Shown: piece after piece, positions 29,795 through 39,816 of the stretch
How positions within the stretch are numbered: the stretch's first letter is position 1
Layout: every line of letters starts with the position of its first letter
Source of the DNA: Candidatus Ozemobacteraceae bacterium
GTDB taxonomy: Bacteria; Muiribacteriota; Ozemobacteria; Ozemobacterales; Ozemobacteraceae
DNA: 64,000 bases
Reading direction: 5' to 3'
NCBI GenBank assembly: GCA_965140445.1
Contig: OZ223236.1
Location: 2,528,001 to 2,592,000, forward strand
Notes under the pieces: generated by a model
Databases searched by the model: none
The model's input: only the letters and a program-made list of their open reading frames with translations
What the model was told of the DNA's origin: nothing
Made by a program: the position numbers and the translations under genes

Positions 29795-30001
29795 ATGAGA
29801 GTTATTAATTATACATGTTTGAAATGCCCCGACTGCGGACATTGGAAAATCAAAACAACTTTGACACGTTTTCACGAAATCTATAGACAAATTTTAAGAT
29901 GGCACAAGTGTCAATACTGTTCTTTGAAATTCAGAACAGTGCAAGAGCTCGAAGACGGGCAAGACTATCCGCCGATTTCAGCAACAGAACAACTGTTATA
30001 G
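29795..30001 (+). CDS. Ogr/Delta-like zinc-finger protein, putative late activator
   Basis: CPDCG..RWHKCQYCSLKFRTVQ. Confidence 0.7.
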   Translation: MRVINYTCLKCPDCGHWKIKTTLTRFHEIYRQILRWHKCQYCSLKFRTVQELEDGQDYPPISATEQLL

Positions 30002-30021
30002 CTTAATTATTAATATCGAGA

Positions 30022-30046
30022 AAGCCTCTAAAAAAGAGGCTTTTTT
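30022..30046 (+). terminator. Intrinsic terminator after the terminase-Ogr unit
   Basis: aagcctct-aaaaa-agaggctt plus T run. Confidence 0.8.
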
Positions 30047-30267
30047 CTTGTCAAGCATTTAACGCAAATTAATAGACTACAATATAGTCTATACAAGCTA
30101 TTGATCACTTGTTTAGATGTAGCTAATACGTATAATATATACAGAGAGAGTTTTTTAACACTCTCAAGAGGGCTGCTCAGTCAGCATTTTTTAAAAGTCC
30201 AATAATTTGGCATGGGGAAACACAGAGGCACAGAGCCTTATCCAACTTTTTTTTGGAGTGAATTTCT

Positions 30268-30498
30268 ATGTCAACAATTTCAAAAATTGCAGAGCTCGAA
30301 TCTGATTTAGCATTTATCAAAGATTGCATCAAGAAAGCAATGGCTGTTCAGAGCTATTCTACGGGCTCTACAAGCGTGTCAGCGGGAAATCTTGCGACGT
30401 TACTAGCTGAAAAAAAAGAAATTGAAGGACGTCTAGCTCGTCTCAAGGGCGGCAGAGGCTCTATTTGTCGTGTACCAAAATTTGAGGACACGTATTAA
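30268..30498 (+). CDS. gpW-like head completion protein
   Basis: Size, QSYSTG..LATLLAE pattern and position before the lambda-type portal. Confidence 0.7.
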   Translation: MSTISKIAELESDLAFIKDCIKKAMAVQSYSTGSTSVSAGNLATLLAEKKEIEGRLARLKGGRGSICRVPKFEDTY

Positions 30499-32063
30499 TG
30501 CTAGATTCAGTTAAACAATTTTTTAGAAATTTAATAAGTCCAGTCTCTAAGAAGCTGGATAATAAAAAGCGCTCGACAAAAAAAGCATACACAGCAGCAA
30601 GCTTTAACGGCTCTAACTATAATCCTCAAGACTTCAGCGGCGATGCAGCTATTTTGAGCTGTCAAGATGACATTAGAGCAAAAACACGCGATTTAGCTCG
30701 AAACAATCCGTACGTTGCGGGAGTTATTCAAAAAAATACAATTGCAATCGTCGGATCAGATTTACAGCCTCAATTCCAGTTCGTTACAGAAAACGGCGAG
30801 TTAAACGAATCACTAAACACTTTATTAGAGCTTAGATTCAATGCATGGAAACAGAGCGCAATGCTCGATGGTAGCTCCTTTACTGATTTAGCGACGATCG
30901 TAGCTAATACATTAATGCAAGACGGTGAGATTTTGCAGTATCACACAACAAAGAAAGTCAGCCCTGGCTCAAATCCGCTTCGAATCCAGCTATTTGAAAA
31001 TGATTATTTAGTTAAAACTCAGTATCAAACTCGCCAAGGTATTAAATTTAATAATTACGGTGCGCCTGAAAGTTTTTTTCTTTATGAGTGCAATCCCAAT
31101 GATTCTATAGACGACTTGAGCTTTATACAACACTACAACAGATCAGCTGTAAGAGAAATCAGCGCTGATTATATGCGTTTGATCCGCTTCAGAAGCCGCT
31201 CTAGTCAGTACAGAGGTATTAGTCCGATTGCGACTATTGCAGCTCAAATTCATGCTGTAAATGAAATGCTAAACGCTGAGCTAGCTTGCATTAGAGCCAG
31301 TCAGATTTTTTCAGTATTAGTAAAAAGCAACAATCCGACCGATTTAGCTGACGGACTACTAACTGAATCACAGACAGAAGACACAGAGAGAGTCGAGCAT
31401 GATTTTTTAGGAGCTCCAGGGAGTTTTCTATATCTGAATAACTCTGAAACAGTCGAGCAAGTAAAAAACGACAGACCGAATTCAAATTTTAAAGCGTTCA
31501 ATGAAATGATGTTCAGAGGCGCTAGCTCAGGTTTGAACGTACCTTACAGCTCATTAAGTTCAGACTTGAGCACAGGTAGCTATAGTTCGCTAAGAATCGG
31601 TCATTTAGAGCATTCAGCTAGTGTAAAAGTTCAGCAAACATCTATTGAAAAGCAATCTTTGCGTCCAATCGTTCAAGACTGGCTAAAATACGAGGTTTTG
31701 TTTGTCGGTGTTCCAGGGCTTTCTTATCAAGATTTAGTCAAAAAACCGGAAACTTTAGAGCGTTTCAAAATTCCGTTTAAGTCAAAAGCCTGGATTGATC
31801 CAGCTAAAGCGCTTACTGCTCTTCAAAAAGAAATTGATTTAGGGCTGAAAACTAGATCAGAAGCGGCAGCAGAGATTTATGGATCAGATTGGGACAGCAA
31901 CATTAAAAAACTCGCTGAAGAAAAACAAAAAATGGAAAATCTCGGAATTATTTCAAAAAGCCCAGCCCGGGCTAACGCTAGCAGAATGCTCGATTCAATC
32001 GAATTAGAAGAGTTGGCAGAAATCATCATCGAAAAAATGAATGAGCAAAAAACAGGAGTTTAG
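30498..32063 (+). CDS. Portal protein, lambda family
   Basis: RDLARNNPY, QYRGISP, SYSSLR, WIDPAKA. Confidence 0.93.
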   Translation: MLDSVKQFFRNLISPVSKKLDNKKRSTKKAYTAASFNGSNYNPQDFSGDAAILSCQDDIRAKTRDLARNNPYVAGVIQKNTIAIVGSDLQPQFQFVTENGELNESLNTLLELRFNAWKQSAMLDGSSFTDLATIVANTLMQDGEILQYHTTKKVSPGSNPLRIQLFENDYLVKTQYQTRQGIKFNNYGAPESFFLYECNPNDSIDDLSFIQHYNRSAVREISADYMRLIRFRSRSSQYRGISPIATIAAQIHAVNEMLNAELACIRASQIFSVLVKSNNPTDLADGLLTESQTEDTERVEHDFLGAPGSFLYLNNSETVEQVKNDRPNSNFKAFNEMMFRGASSGLNVPYSSLSSDLSTGSYSSLRIGHLEHSASVKVQQTSIEKQSLRPIVQDWLKYEVLFVGVPGLSYQDLVKKPETLERFKIPFKSKAWIDPAKALTALQKEIDLGLKTRSEAAAEIYGSDWDSNIKKLAEEKQKMENLGIISKSPARANASRMLDSIELEELAEIIIEKMNEQKTGV

Positions 32064-32065
32064 AA

Positions 32066-34081
32066 ATGAGCGAAAAATTAAGAAAAATTCAAGAAGCAGG
32101 TTTTAAACGATCGATCACGTTTAAGCCAGCTTCAGTAAACGAAACAAACAGAACTATTGAGTATGACCTTGCAACTGACACAGCAGAAGTTTTTGAATTC
32201 TACGAAGGCTACGGGCTTGTGAGAGAAGTTTTAAGTTTTGATAAATCTGACTTAATTGAACTACCAAACTCTTGCCCGCTTTTAAACACTCACAACGCTT
32301 ATTCTACGTCAGCTCAATTCGGAAGTTTGAGAGATTTCACTATTGAAAGAGCGAAACAGGACGGACAGCTCACAAAACTAGTTGCAACAGCATATTTTGT
32401 TGACTCAGAGCTGCCAGAATCAAAGCACGCATGGAGTTTGCACTCACAAGGACACGGTACAGATATTAGCGTTCGCTATCAGCATCTTGAATACCCAAAA
32501 ATTTTTACAAGCGGAACTGTTAAAACTGGCAAACGAACATACAAAGCGACGAAAGACAGCCCGATCGCTCTAGTAGAAGCATTCAGAGTGCTCGAAGGCT
32601 CTGTGTGTCCGATTGGCGCTGATAGTAATTCAAAATCAAGAAACGAAGATACAACCATTTTAACTAAGTCAGAACCAGGCTCTATTTGTGAGTCTGAGCC
32701 TAAATTTATTGAAAATTCAGAAACAGGAGAACGAAACATGACTATTGAAAAAACTCAGGCTCCAGCAGCAGTTGACACAGCTGCAATAGAAGCTAATGCA
32801 AGAGCAGAAGGCGCAAAACTTGAAGCAAAACGACGCTCAGATGTAAACGCTGTTTGTGCTATCGCCAACTTTCCAGCCGATAAAGCTAGAACACTCGCTG
32901 ACGATCCTGAAATTACGCAAGCCAGGGCGCTTGAAATTGTTCAAGCATGGAAGCTTGAAGAAGCTAAACCGGTTGCTCAAGCTCGAACAACTGATATAAC
33001 AATTAAAGAAATTGGCAGAGAAGCAACCAGGACAGCGGCTATTCAAGCACTTGCTCTTAGAGCTGATGACAGAATCAAAATTGATAATCAGCACGAACTA
33101 ACTAACAAATTTAGATCGGGCGGTATTACTACTGTTTCTCGTGAAATTTTGAGAGCAAATAACATTGACTGCAACGGCTGGAATGACAAACAAGTAGCAG
33201 CCCAGGTTTTGCAGCGTGCTACTACTACGTCCGATTTGTCTAACGTTCTAATGAACGTAGCTCATTTACAGTCTATGACTGACGTTAACTATGCTCCTGT
33301 AATTTATCCGCTAATCACTGAAATTGTTGACGTTGAAGATTTCGACAAAGCTTATCAAGCACGCATAGAAAGCGGCTCTCTTGAGCAAGTTGACGAAACA
33401 GGAGAGTATAAAATTATGACTCTCTCTGATGAAGCGTCTTACATGCAGCTCAAAAAATACGGTGGTTCTCTAATCATCAGTGAAGCAGTTCTAGTTAATG
33501 ATCAAAAATTGAATTCAATTTTTAGAGAACTCAGCAGAATGAATCTTAAATCACAGATGATGATTGAAGAAGCTGTTATTAATGTTTTGTTGAATAACAA
33601 GAAATTCGATGGTTCAGCACTTTTTAGCTCTACTAACAAGAATATAGCTACATCAGCAGCAACACTTACTGCATCAGTTCTTGATGATATGCGTCAAAAA
33701 CTTGCAGCTCAAAAATCAGAAGAAAACAAGCCGCTGGGGCTTCGTCCGCAATACATTCTTTCCGGAGCTAAACACGCTAGAACAGCTGCTGAAATCTGTC
33801 ATTCAATTTCAGCGACAGACAATTCAAATAGCGGCGTTTTTAACTATTATCAGTCATTAAAAGCGATTGAAAGCGCATTTATTACTGGTACTGAATATTT
33901 CTTGCTTGCAGATTGGCGTTTAGAGCCAGGTTTGCAAGTTGGATTGCTCAATAAAAACAGCGCTCCGGTTGTAAAAATTGGTTCTGTAGCTGGCAAAGAC
34001 GGGCTTGTAGTTGACGTAACTATGCGTTTCGGCGCTTCAGCAGCTGGACACAAAGCAATCGTTAAAAACGCAGGTTCTTAA
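32066..34081 (+). CDS. Prohead protease-major capsid fusion protein
   Basis: N-terminal PLLNTH..ISVRY..EGSVCPIGAD protease motifs; C-terminal Mu gpT-like capsid (TTSDL, GEYK..KKYG). Confidence 0.88.
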   Translation: MSEKLRKIQEAGFKRSITFKPASVNETNRTIEYDLATDTAEVFEFYEGYGLVREVLSFDKSDLIELPNSCPLLNTHNAYSTSAQFGSLRDFTIERAKQDGQLTKLVATAYFVDSELPESKHAWSLHSQGHGTDISVRYQHLEYPKIFTSGTVKTGKRTYKATKDSPIALVEAFRVLEGSVCPIGADSNSKSRNEDTTILTKSEPGSICESEPKFIENSETGERNMTIEKTQAPAAVDTAAIEANARAEGAKLEAKRRSDVNAVCAIANFPADKARTLADDPEITQARALEIVQAWKLEEAKPVAQARTTDITIKEIGREATRTAAIQALALRADDRIKIDNQHELTNKFRSGGITTVSREILRANNIDCNGWNDKQVAAQVLQRATTTSDLSNVLMNVAHLQSMTDVNYAPVIYPLITEIVDVEDFDKAYQARIESGSLEQVDETGEYKIMTLSDEASYMQLKKYGGSLIISEAVLVNDQKLNSIFRELSRMNLKSQMMIEEAVINVLLNNKKFDGSALFSSTNKNIATSAATLTASVLDDMRQKLAAQKSEENKPLGLRPQYILSGAKHARTAAEICHSISATDNSNSGVFNYYQSLKAIESAFITGTEYFLLADWRLEPGLQVGLLNKNSAPVVKIGSVAGKDGLVVDVTMRFGASAAGHKAIVKNAGS

Positions 34082-34162
34082 TTACTAACAATACCTGGGG
34101 CTAACTAGCTTAGCCCCTGTAAATCAGTAAATCAGTAAATCATTTATAGGAGATTTTCAACA

Positions 34163-34513
34163 ATGAAAAACAAAATTTTCGAAAAGGCTGACACGTTCAA
34201 ACATACAGCTACAGCAGATATAACAAGCGATGACGTTATAGTTTTGAACTCTACAACAGCTCGAATTGCTATTGCATCAAAAGATGCAGTAGCTGGAGAG
34301 ACTCTGAATGTGGATTCAAGAGGAGTTTTTGAGCTCGCGAAAGGCACAGCATCAGACGTTTTTGCGTTTGGCGAAACATTCAAAATCAGCGGAAATACAG
34401 TTGTAAAGGCAGCTGGCACTGGAATTCCTGACGTCGTTGTAGCTAACGGTTATGTAGCTTCAGACGATGATGCAGACGGCAACACAACTGTTTTAGTGAA
34501 GCTAAACTCGTAA
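34163..34513 (+). CDS. Capsid cement/decoration protein (DUF2190-like)
   Basis: GVFELAK motif and C-terminal VLVKLN, directly after the capsid gene. Confidence 0.75.
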   Translation: MKNKIFEKADTFKHTATADITSDDVIVLNSTTARIAIASKDAVAGETLNVDSRGVFELAKGTASDVFAFGETFKISGNTVVKAAGTGIPDVVVANGYVASDDDADGNTTVLVKLNS

Positions 34514-34528
34514 AGGCAGGTTCAAATA

Positions 34529-34861
34529 GTGAGTTTGATAGACATTATTGAAAGCGACTTAGATCAAATCTGGACAACCGGTAATTTTGCAAGCCCTTGT
34601 TTAGGCGGTTTTGTCAACGACACAGCAGCTGTCAAACTCACTATTTCTTACGGTACTATCACGAACTACGAAGGCTACGCAGCTAAAACAGCAACTATCA
34701 CTATACGCGAAAAAGAATATCAAAATCTAAAAGTTACAGACACTATCACTGTAACTTCAAAAAATGAAAAATGGATCGTTCAAACTATTGCTCAAGCAGA
34801 CTCTCACTTAACTACAGCGATTTGTGTAAATGACATTCGATACTTGCCAAGGAATTTTTAA
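34529..34861 (+). CDS. Putative head-tail joining protein
   Basis: Position and size only. Confidence 0.55.
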   Translation: MSLIDIIESDLDQIWTTGNFASPCLGGFVNDTAAVKLTISYGTITNYEGYAAKTATITIREKEYQNLKVTDTITVTSKNEKWIVQTIAQADSHLTTAICVNDIRYLPRNF

Positions 34862-34863
34862 AA

Positions 34864-35556
34864 ATGTTCACAGTGAAAATTGACTCAATCTATGAAGCTG
34901 ATTTCATCAGCGGACTATTTGCGCAAGCGTTTAAAAATCCTGGAAAAACTAAGGATCTCGCGCAAGCGTTTGAAAATGCAAAAATCAGAGCGATCGGAAA
35001 AACAGCAGCTAGTTTAAGAAAACGAATTGTAGAAGCGTTCAAAGAAAACACTTTCGGCTGGAAACATACTGAATACAGCAATTGGCTTGGAATCGGTCAA
35101 CGAGTTGAAACAGACGATTTGCACGAATCGAACCAGCCTAAAAAAGCTTTTACAAGCTCAGGAAAGCGAAAGAAGGCGGGCTATAGTCTCAAAACAATGA
35201 TTAATCCGCCGAAATCTGGAAATCCAGTGGGGGGCAAATATCCGAAACTCATGCGTTATTTGCTCAATGATGACAATTTCACCGTCGGTTTAGTTCCTGA
35301 AATCTCCGGAAAGCGCTGGGCTGCTCTGTTTCAACTATTTCAAAGCGGCGGAATTATCACGCCAACTGGAAAAAATGGAGCTCCTGGAACTCCAGCCAGA
35401 ACGCGGCGCTATCTAGCGTCAATCGGTATTTACACTAAGCGAAATCACGCATTTAAAATGCCTGCTCGTCCTGTCATTGCTCTTATTCAGCAACGACACG
35501 ATCCAAACGCGCTGTATAAAGCAAATTTCTGGGAAAAACTCAGGAGCGGTAAATGA
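34864..35556 (+). CDS. Putative neck/tail completion protein (basic)
   Basis: Position; C-terminal MPARPVI motif common in phage morphogenesis proteins. Confidence 0.55.
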   Translation: MFTVKIDSIYEADFISGLFAQAFKNPGKTKDLAQAFENAKIRAIGKTAASLRKRIVEAFKENTFGWKHTEYSNWLGIGQRVETDDLHESNQPKKAFTSSGKRKKAGYSLKTMINPPKSGNPVGGKYPKLMRYLLNDDNFTVGLVPEISGKRWAALFQLFQSGGIITPTGKNGAPGTPARTRRYLASIGIYTKRNHAFKMPARPVIALIQQRHDPNALYKANFWEKLRSGK

Positions 35557-36038
35557 TGTCAAGTTTACAAGATTTACAGTTATTAATAGCTAAAGAAATA
35601 GTTACTGATGAGACGTTGACAAACTATTGCCAAGAAAAATTTGGCAACGAAATCACAGTGTACATCGGTATTGATCAAGATGACTTACCGCGCGCTGGCG
35701 AAGTAAACCCCTGGGTCGGTTTAGCTGTACCACTTTATCAAACAGAATCTAATATTGAAGATTTAGTTAGTAGTTTCGTTCTCGACTCAGCAGTCTATTG
35801 CAAAGACGAATCAGAGCCGTTTTCTGACGCTGACTATTCAAACATAAAAATAATTCAGGGCAATAAAACAATCGAAGAGCTTAGCGATTTGGTTTTTGCA
35901 GCAATTTTGAGAGCGGTTTCACGCTCAGCAACTCAGCTAGTAATGAGCTATCACTCACAGACTGAAACGAGTCTAGGCGCTCTTATTAAGCCCCATTTTG
36001 CTGCTACAAGAACTTGGACGATCGGTATAACAAACTAA
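35553..36038 (+). CDS. Putative tail terminator
   Basis: Acidic ~160-aa protein before the major tail gene. Confidence 0.5.
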   Translation: MMSSLQDLQLLIAKEIVTDETLTNYCQEKFGNEITVYIGIDQDDLPRAGEVNPWVGLAVPLYQTESNIEDLVSSFVLDSAVYCKDESEPFSDADYSNIKIIQGNKTIEELSDLVFAAILRAVSRSATQLVMSYHSQTETSLGALIKPHFAATRTWTIGITN

Positions 36039-36065
36039 CTAACTAACTAAGGAGAATTTATAAAA

Positions 36066-37091
36066 ATGATAGTTCCGACAACTGCGCAAACAGGGAAAAA
36101 CAGCAAGGTTTTCATGTCAATAAATGATGGTATTGCTGTTTCAAATTTTCCGCTTTCTTTACAAGCAACATACGAGCTAAACGGTGAGACACTCACAAAT
36201 CAAATGTATTTGCTCGGAGAGACAAAAATGATCAACGACAGACCTGCTATAAGCACGTCTGTTACTGTGAATGGAGTGATTGACGGCATAGATATAATGC
36301 CAACTTCTAACGCTGACGAAATAGCGACGACAGCGGGAACAATTCAAGTGAACGGGCAGCCTGTAGCTGTTGCAGCTAGTTTAGTTTCAATAACTCGTGC
36401 TGCTACAGACGAAGCAGCATGGGTGGTGCTTTGTGTTTCAAACAGTGGCACAGTATCAGCAATTAAAGGTACTGATACAACAAGCTCAGCTGGAAAAGCT
36501 GGACTAGTAGCAAGTTTTGGCACTGGAGCCGGTGAAATTCCGTTTATTTCAGTTGATAGCGTGTTATTAGCTGTTCTCAAGCTCGACGATGTATCAGCTG
36601 TTATTTCGTATTCTGAAATAGATCAATCTTATAGAGAATATAGCGCTATTTCATTTTATTTATATCCGTCAATCGGCGCTGTCAAAGTTTCTACAAGTCT
36701 ACTGAAATGCCACACCGGCGAAGTTGCTAGAACGCCGCTGTTTAGCGGCAAATACATTGACGACAGTCTACTAGCTGAGATTGGAGACGCGAAAAGCTGG
36801 AGTTTAACGCCGAACTCTACGACTGTAGCAGTTGAAACGCTGGCAGGCGGAAAGTCTCAAACAACTATTAGCAGCTGGAGCTTTGCATTTAATCAGCTTT
36901 TCACGAACGGACTAGCGTTAGCAGCAATTATGAAGCGCCAGGGCTACGCATGCGTCAAAATGCAGCTTAGCAGCGGCGAGTATTTCAGATTTTCAGGATC
37001 GCTGGCAGGCGGAATTAAAGCAGATCCAGGCTCTTATGTTGAGCAAGATATATCTGGCAGCTGCGACACGCCATACTACAGCGGACAATAA
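36066..37091 (+). CDS. Putative major tail tube protein
   Basis: Position before chaperone and tape measure; KSWSLT..VETL..SWS tube-like pattern; strong RBS. Confidence 0.6.
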   Translation: MIVPTTAQTGKNSKVFMSINDGIAVSNFPLSLQATYELNGETLTNQMYLLGETKMINDRPAISTSVTVNGVIDGIDIMPTSNADEIATTAGTIQVNGQPVAVAASLVSITRAATDEAAWVVLCVSNSGTVSAIKGTDTTSSAGKAGLVASFGTGAGEIPFISVDSVLLAVLKLDDVSAVISYSEIDQSYREYSAISFYLYPSIGAVKVSTSLLKCHTGEVARTPLFSGKYIDDSLLAEIGDAKSWSLTPNSTTVAVETLAGGKSQTTISSWSFAFNQLFTNGLALAAIMKRQGYACVKMQLSSGEYFRFSGSLAGGIKADPGSYVEQDISGSCDTPYYSGQ

Positions 37092-37157
37092 GCAACACAG
37101 GGGGCTGTTTGTCCCCTTTTAAACTTTTCTTAGAAATATCAGGAGGCAAAAAAAATC

Positions 37158-37675
37158 ATGGCTAGAAAAATTAAAAAAACAGCTAAAACACTTGTAGCAC
37201 TATCAGCTGACGACATTTTAAAACGCTGCAAACGAAAAACAAAAACAGTAGAAGTACCAGCACTTGGAGAAGATTTTGCAGTTAGCATTTTAGCACCGAA
37301 TCCGCATGAACTCTACGAGCTACGATCTGAAGCGCAAGAACAAAATTTAAACGACAAAGATTTTATTGAAAACTTATTTAAAAAATCTCTGAACGGCTGG
37401 ACTGATGAGCAGTTAGAAGAGCTGAAAGAGCTAGACGGTTTTAAGTATGACAGAATCTTAGCGGCTTGTATTCCGCATCTAATGCCATTTGCGGCGGCTT
37501 TATCAGCTGAAAATATGGAGAAGCAAAAAAAAAGCTAGCTACAAATCCGGATCTTAGAGCAATTGTAGCTACTGCAATAAACGAGAGCATCAGTATTAAC
37601 AGTGTTATTGAAAGAGGAGCTGATGATTTAGCGCTGAGAATAGCACTACGAAAACTAGAAAACGAAACATCTTAA
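37158..37675 (+). CDS. Tail assembly chaperone G (37158-37538) with -1 frameshift extension GT (to 37675)
   Basis: A9 run at 37525-33 just before TAG; -1 frame open for 47 codons up to the tape measure gene. Confidence 0.75.
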
Positions 37676-37694
37676 AGAAAGGACTAGAGCGACA

Positions 37695-39420
37695 ATGGCA
37701 AGCAGCAATATAAATATAAAGCTCAAAGCTATAGATGAGTATAGCGGCGTCTTGACCGGGCTAAACCAGGGTTTAGAGCTCGTTGGCAAAGGATTTAATT
37801 TTATTAAAGCAACAGCCAGCGTTGCCTGGGACGCGATAAGCTACGGCACTAAAGCCGCTCTGGATCTAGCTAAAGTTGGTGGAGCTTTTCAAGAACAGCG
37901 TAATCAGTTTGAAAACCTGGCGAAGAGTTACAAAGTGAATGGTCAATCTATTATTGATACTGTTAAAGGTACTGCTCTAAACACTATTACAGAGTTTGAT
38001 AGCATCAGCATAGCTACAAAAGCTCTAGCAGCTGGTTTAAAAGGCAAAGATTTAGAGGACTCTCTAAGCTATGTGAAACGCTGGACAGAAGCTACAGGTC
38101 AAGATTTTCGCGCTGTTTCAGAAAGTGTTTTTACAAGCTTAGCAAGCGGACGTTTTAGCATTTTAAGGCAAATGGGTCTAGTAATTGAAAATGGAGCAAA
38201 ACTAAATCAAGTTGTTGCTGCAATGAGCGCCGGTTTAAAAAAATTTGGTGATTCAGGCTTCAACGCAGGCGACAAACTCGCAAGTATGGCAGCTAGTCAA
38301 GACGATTTCTGGAGAAAAATTGGACAAGGAGTCAACTCGTCAAAAGAATTTCAGGACGTTTTAACTAGACTCTCTGACAATGCACTAGCTTTCGTGAAAA
38401 ATTTTGATCCATTGCCCGTAACTTTGTTTGTAGACGAAGTTATAAGCGGAGCAAAAAACATTTATAACATTTTTAAAGAAACTTTTCCGGGTGTCTCAAA
38501 ACTGCTCGACACAATGTTTGTTAATCCGATTGAGGGCGTTAAAGATTTCGCTAAAGTCGGAGTTGACTCTTTCTATGCAATTTATAGAACAGCTGCTGAT
38601 GTTACAAACAGCATTTTAGAAACATTTAAAACACTAAACAGCGGAAATGTTCTGTCAGATTTAGCAAGCGGAACAATTCAACTATTAAGTTTCATCGGCT
38701 CTGCAATTTCACAACTAATAGAATCTGCTGTTGACTTGGCAGCTGATGCAATAGCACGAATTTTAAATAATCTCGGTGATTTCTTGAAACAGAGCCCAAA
38801 AATCAGCGAGTGGCTGGGCATTGACGCTAGTGTTTTTGATTTTTCAGGCTCAGCAAATCAGCTCAAAACATCAGTAGCAGCAATGACGGGCGCTTTTAAA
38901 CTTGGTTTTGATGATTTGTCAAAACGATCTGATGCACTATTTAGCAATCTAAACGGCGGTTTTGATGACATGAAATCAGATTTGAGCGAAATAGACAAAG
39001 CGCATGTCAAAACGTTGTCTAGTCTCGACAGCATGAGCAAAAGCTATTCAAAAGCAAACAACGAAGCTGAAAAAATGGCAGAAACAATTAAAAATGTACC
39101 TAGCTATTCAAAAATAAAAGTTGAGCTAGCTGACGGCTCTGTTAAAGAGATTGAGGACGGATTGAAATATATTAAAGCGCCGCTTGTAAATCTTAAAGCT
39201 GAACTTGATTTGAACGAACTCAAAGACATTGACAAAAAAAATCAGAAGCAAGATCACTACTGATGTCAAAGTCAATCTTGATTCAAACAAGCTTGACGCT
39301 AAAAAATCTGAAGAAGGCTTAACAGCTCAACAAGTTTTAGATGCACTAACTAAACTCGTAATGGACTATGCAGCCTCTATAGCTTCTAGTTCCGGCTTTC
39401 CAGCTGTTGTGAGCGCATAA
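37695..39420 (+). CDS. Tape measure protein, frame broken at an A8 run (39234-39241)
   Basis: INIKLKAIDEYS start and Ala/Gly-rich helical protein; ORF stops at 39263 but the +1 frame continues to 39420. Confidence 0.8.
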
Positions 39421-39436
39421 AAAAGGATTTTTAATA

Positions 39437-39814
39437 ATGATTCAAATTAAACCGACGACCAGTTGCTTGTTAAATCATCAAGAGTTTAGTTTAACTCTTC
39501 CAGGTTCATTGTCTTTCAATGTTCCCAGGGCTAGTAAATCAGTAAGAACGCTGGACGGCGGAGTTGCAATAACTCTTTGGAAGAAAAACAAAGCTGGAGC
39601 GATAACAGAAAAAAGTTTTTTGTTAAATCAAAGTCAATACAAAATCTTAGAGCAAATTATATATCACGAAACAGTTTTTGAGTGGTTGGTTTTCAGTGGT
39701 GAGAGCAGGTTTTTATGTTCATTAGATTTTACAAAAGATGAACAAATAACATTCGACAATAATCCTGATTTTAAAAATGTTTCAGTGCAATTTTTTGTTA
39801 TACAGGAGCTTTAA
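39437..39814 (+). CDS. Putative distal tail protein
   Basis: Follows tape measure; VRTLDGG motif. Confidence 0.55.
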   Translation: MIQIKPTTSCLLNHQEFSLTLPGSLSFNVPRASKSVRTLDGGVAITLWKKNKAGAITEKSFLLNQSQYKILEQIIYHETVFEWLVFSGESRFLCSLDFTKDEQITFDNNPDFKNVSVQFFVIQEL

Positions 39815-39816
39815 AA

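Noticed and set aside
34119..36050. Short tandem repeats (GTAAATCA)x3 at 34119-42 and (CTAA)n near 36034
   Set aside because: Real but short intergenic microsatellites with no supportable function
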